64,000 nt of DNA from Patescibacteria group bacterium (GTDB lineage: Bacteria > Patescibacteriota > Patescibacteriia > Patescibacteriales > JBAZCA01), in assembly GCA_041671125.1 (NCBI GenBank), contig JBAZCA010000003.1:64689-128688 (forward strand). The letters are read 5' to 3'. A program made the translations under genes and the position numbers. The notes below the pieces were generated by a model that saw nothing but the letters and a program-made list of their open reading frames with translations, did not search any database and was not told the DNA's origin. Shown one piece after another: positions 62,540 to 64,000 of this stretch. Every line of letters starts with the position of its first letter. Position 1 is the first letter of the stretch.

Positions 62540-63088
62540 ATGAGTTATGAGATACGGGAAAATATGGACAGCCAAAAACTAAACGAATTCATCACCAAGG
62601 TTGATAACATGAAAAAGCAGGACAAAATGGATTTGTCTTCGGATCAGGATTTATCAATCGCCATAATGAACCTCGTTAGCATAGAGGAACATTTCTTTTT
62701 TACCGGCGCCAAGCTCGGAAAACCGGAATATTTTGATTTACTGCAGGAGGCCCGGGCTATGCGCGGCGATCTTTTGCGGAAAATCGTAAAGAATCCGCGG
62801 GGTGAAGAATGGTGCATCAGTAAACATCTCCTCGCCGCTTCCATGCGCTTAATGGAAGTCGGGACCAAACAGCATAAAATGGGCAGAAAGGAAGACGCCG
62901 AAGATTTATTTCAAAAAGCTTACGACCTTTATTCTCTTTTTTGGGGTATTAACCTGAAAGTAATTGACGCCGAAGGAGTTAAAAAAATTGACGAAGGCGC
63001 GGTTAATAAACATGATAAGGAAAAAAAGGGGTTCATGGGCAAACTCGGGGAACTCGTTAAAAAGGCGATTGATTGCTGTATAGAATAA
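62540..63088 (+). CDS. Hypothetical protein
   Basis: 182-aa helical ORF ending in CCIE. The first codons (atgagttatgag) are part of a low-complexity repeat, so the true start may be the ATG at 62564. Confidence 0.5.
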   Translation: MSYEIRENMDSQKLNEFITKVDNMKKQDKMDLSSDQDLSIAIMNLVSIEEHFFFTGAKLGKPEYFDLLQEARAMRGDLLRKIVKNPRGEEWCISKHLLAASMRLMEVGTKQHKMGRKEDAEDLFQKAYDLYSLFWGINLKVIDAEGVKKIDEGAVNKHDKEKKGFMGKLGELVKKAIDCCIE

Positions 63089-63170
63089 TTATTGGCCTTA
63101 CAGATTAATTATCCGGCATGGAAGCATCCTTGTTATTCACGGGATGTTTTTCTGTCTAAGCAGTAAATTT

Positions 63171-64000
63171 ATGAAAAAAATTACCATACCAATTAAAGGC
63201 ATGCACTGCAAATCCTGCGAAATACTTATTGAAGATAAGCTTTTAGAAATTGACGGCGTTAAGGAATCTAAAATCAACCATAAAACCGGGCGGGCGGAAA
63301 TTTATTATTCAGCTGATAAGCCCGAAAGCGTCGCGCTGGAAAACGCCATCCGCTCGGCCGGTTACTCTATCGGCGAAGAAAAAAAAGCTGGCTGGATAAA
63401 TAAAAGCCCGGGCGACTACAAAGATTTGGGTATCGCCTTTATCTTTCTTCTCGGAATATATTTTGTCTTGAAAAGCTTCGGGCTGACGAATGTTGCCATG
63501 AGCGGCGCCGGAGCTGACCCGGAAAGTTTCGGAGTCGTCCTTTTAGTCGGCCTGACTGCCGGATTTTCCTCGTGCATGGCTTTGGTCGGCGGCCTGATTT
63601 TAGGGGCGTCAACAAAATTTGCCGAAAAGCATCCGGAGGCGAGCGCCTTTGAAAAGTTTAAACCGCACATCTATTTTAACCTGGGTAGAATTTTCGGTTT
63701 CGCGGCTTTAGGAGGCATCCTGGGAGTTCTCGGTTCAATATTCCAACTTTCCAGTTTTAGCCTCGGGATTCTTACCATCCTTGTCGGGGCGGTTATGCTC
63801 ATAATGGGTTTGCAACTTACGGACATCTTTCCTCGTCTTAATGATATTAAAATAACTTTGCCAAAAGCGATAAGCCGGGCGCTCGGAATAAAGGGCGATG
63901 GCGGGTATAGCCATAAAAGCGCGCTATTATTGGGCGCGCTGACTTTCTTTCTGCCTTGCGGTTTTACTCAGGCCATGCAGTTATTCGCTGTTTCCACCGG
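63171..64000 (+). CDS. Heavy-metal-associated (HMA) domain fused to a TauE/SafE / DsbD_2-like permease; 3' end beyond window (not in ORF track)
   Basis: Hand translation MKKITIPIKGMHCKSCEILIEDKL... (GMxCxxC HMA motif), followed by multiple TM helices with GLTAGFSSCMALVGG and FFLPCGFTQAMQ. Confidence 0.75.
   Translation, partial: MKKITIPIKGMHCKSCEILIEDKLLEIDGVKESKINHKTGRAEIYYSADKPESVALENAIRSAGYSIGEEKKAGWINKSPGDYKDLGIAFIFLLGIYFVLKSFGLTNVAMSGAGADPESFGVVLLVGLTAGFSSCMALVGGLILGASTKFAEKHPEASAFEKFKPHIYFNLGRIFGFAALGGILGVLGSIFQLSSFSLGILTILVGAVMLIMGLQLTDIFPRLNDIKITLPKAISRALGIKGDGGYSHKSALLLGALTFFLPCGFTQAMQLFAVST

Overview
This 64 kb window looks like part of a small, roughly 40% G+C bacterial chromosome. 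It is dominated by housekeeping genes. The gene content and the many tiny intergenic gaps are most consistent with an uncultivated Patescibacteria/CPR-like organism, but that is inference only.

The window spans the replication-origin neighbourhood: rpmH-rnpA-yidD-yidC on the minus strand, diverging from dnaA-dnaN on the plus strand. I recognise the following genes by motif:
- Translation and RNA processing: infB, pnp, rny-ymdB, rplS, rpsO, rpsT, glyQS (with a T-box leader), argS, tyrS.
- Replication: polA, holA.
- Envelope: a class A PBP, lgt, uppP, and a murD-type ligase with a possible murL partner.
- Metabolism: ppsA and an mtnA/class-II-aldolase pair.
- Other: an Elp3-like radical-SAM enzyme, a DinJ/YafQ toxin-antitoxin pair next to a Fic protein, 8 tRNA genes, and several hypothetical proteins.

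I see no rRNA, CRISPR array, transposase or integrase.

The signals most worth a second look are structural rather than genic:
1. At least three families of short palindromic or low-complexity repeat elements occur here, one of them inserted in frame inside the Elp3-like gene.
2. Four tRNA loci are each accompanied by a partial tRNA duplicate fused to a GC-rich hairpin.
3. A DnaA-box-rich, AT-rich region with four copies of a 25-34 bp palindrome lies about 3.6 kb from dnaA, in addition to the classical dnaA-flanking boxes.
4. Three short islands look visibly GC-rich, including an orphan hisG, and one looks visibly AT-rich (AAA-ATPase / HEPN-like / P-loop kinase).

All functional calls rest on reading motifs in the supplied translations. 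No homology search or numerical composition analysis was possible.
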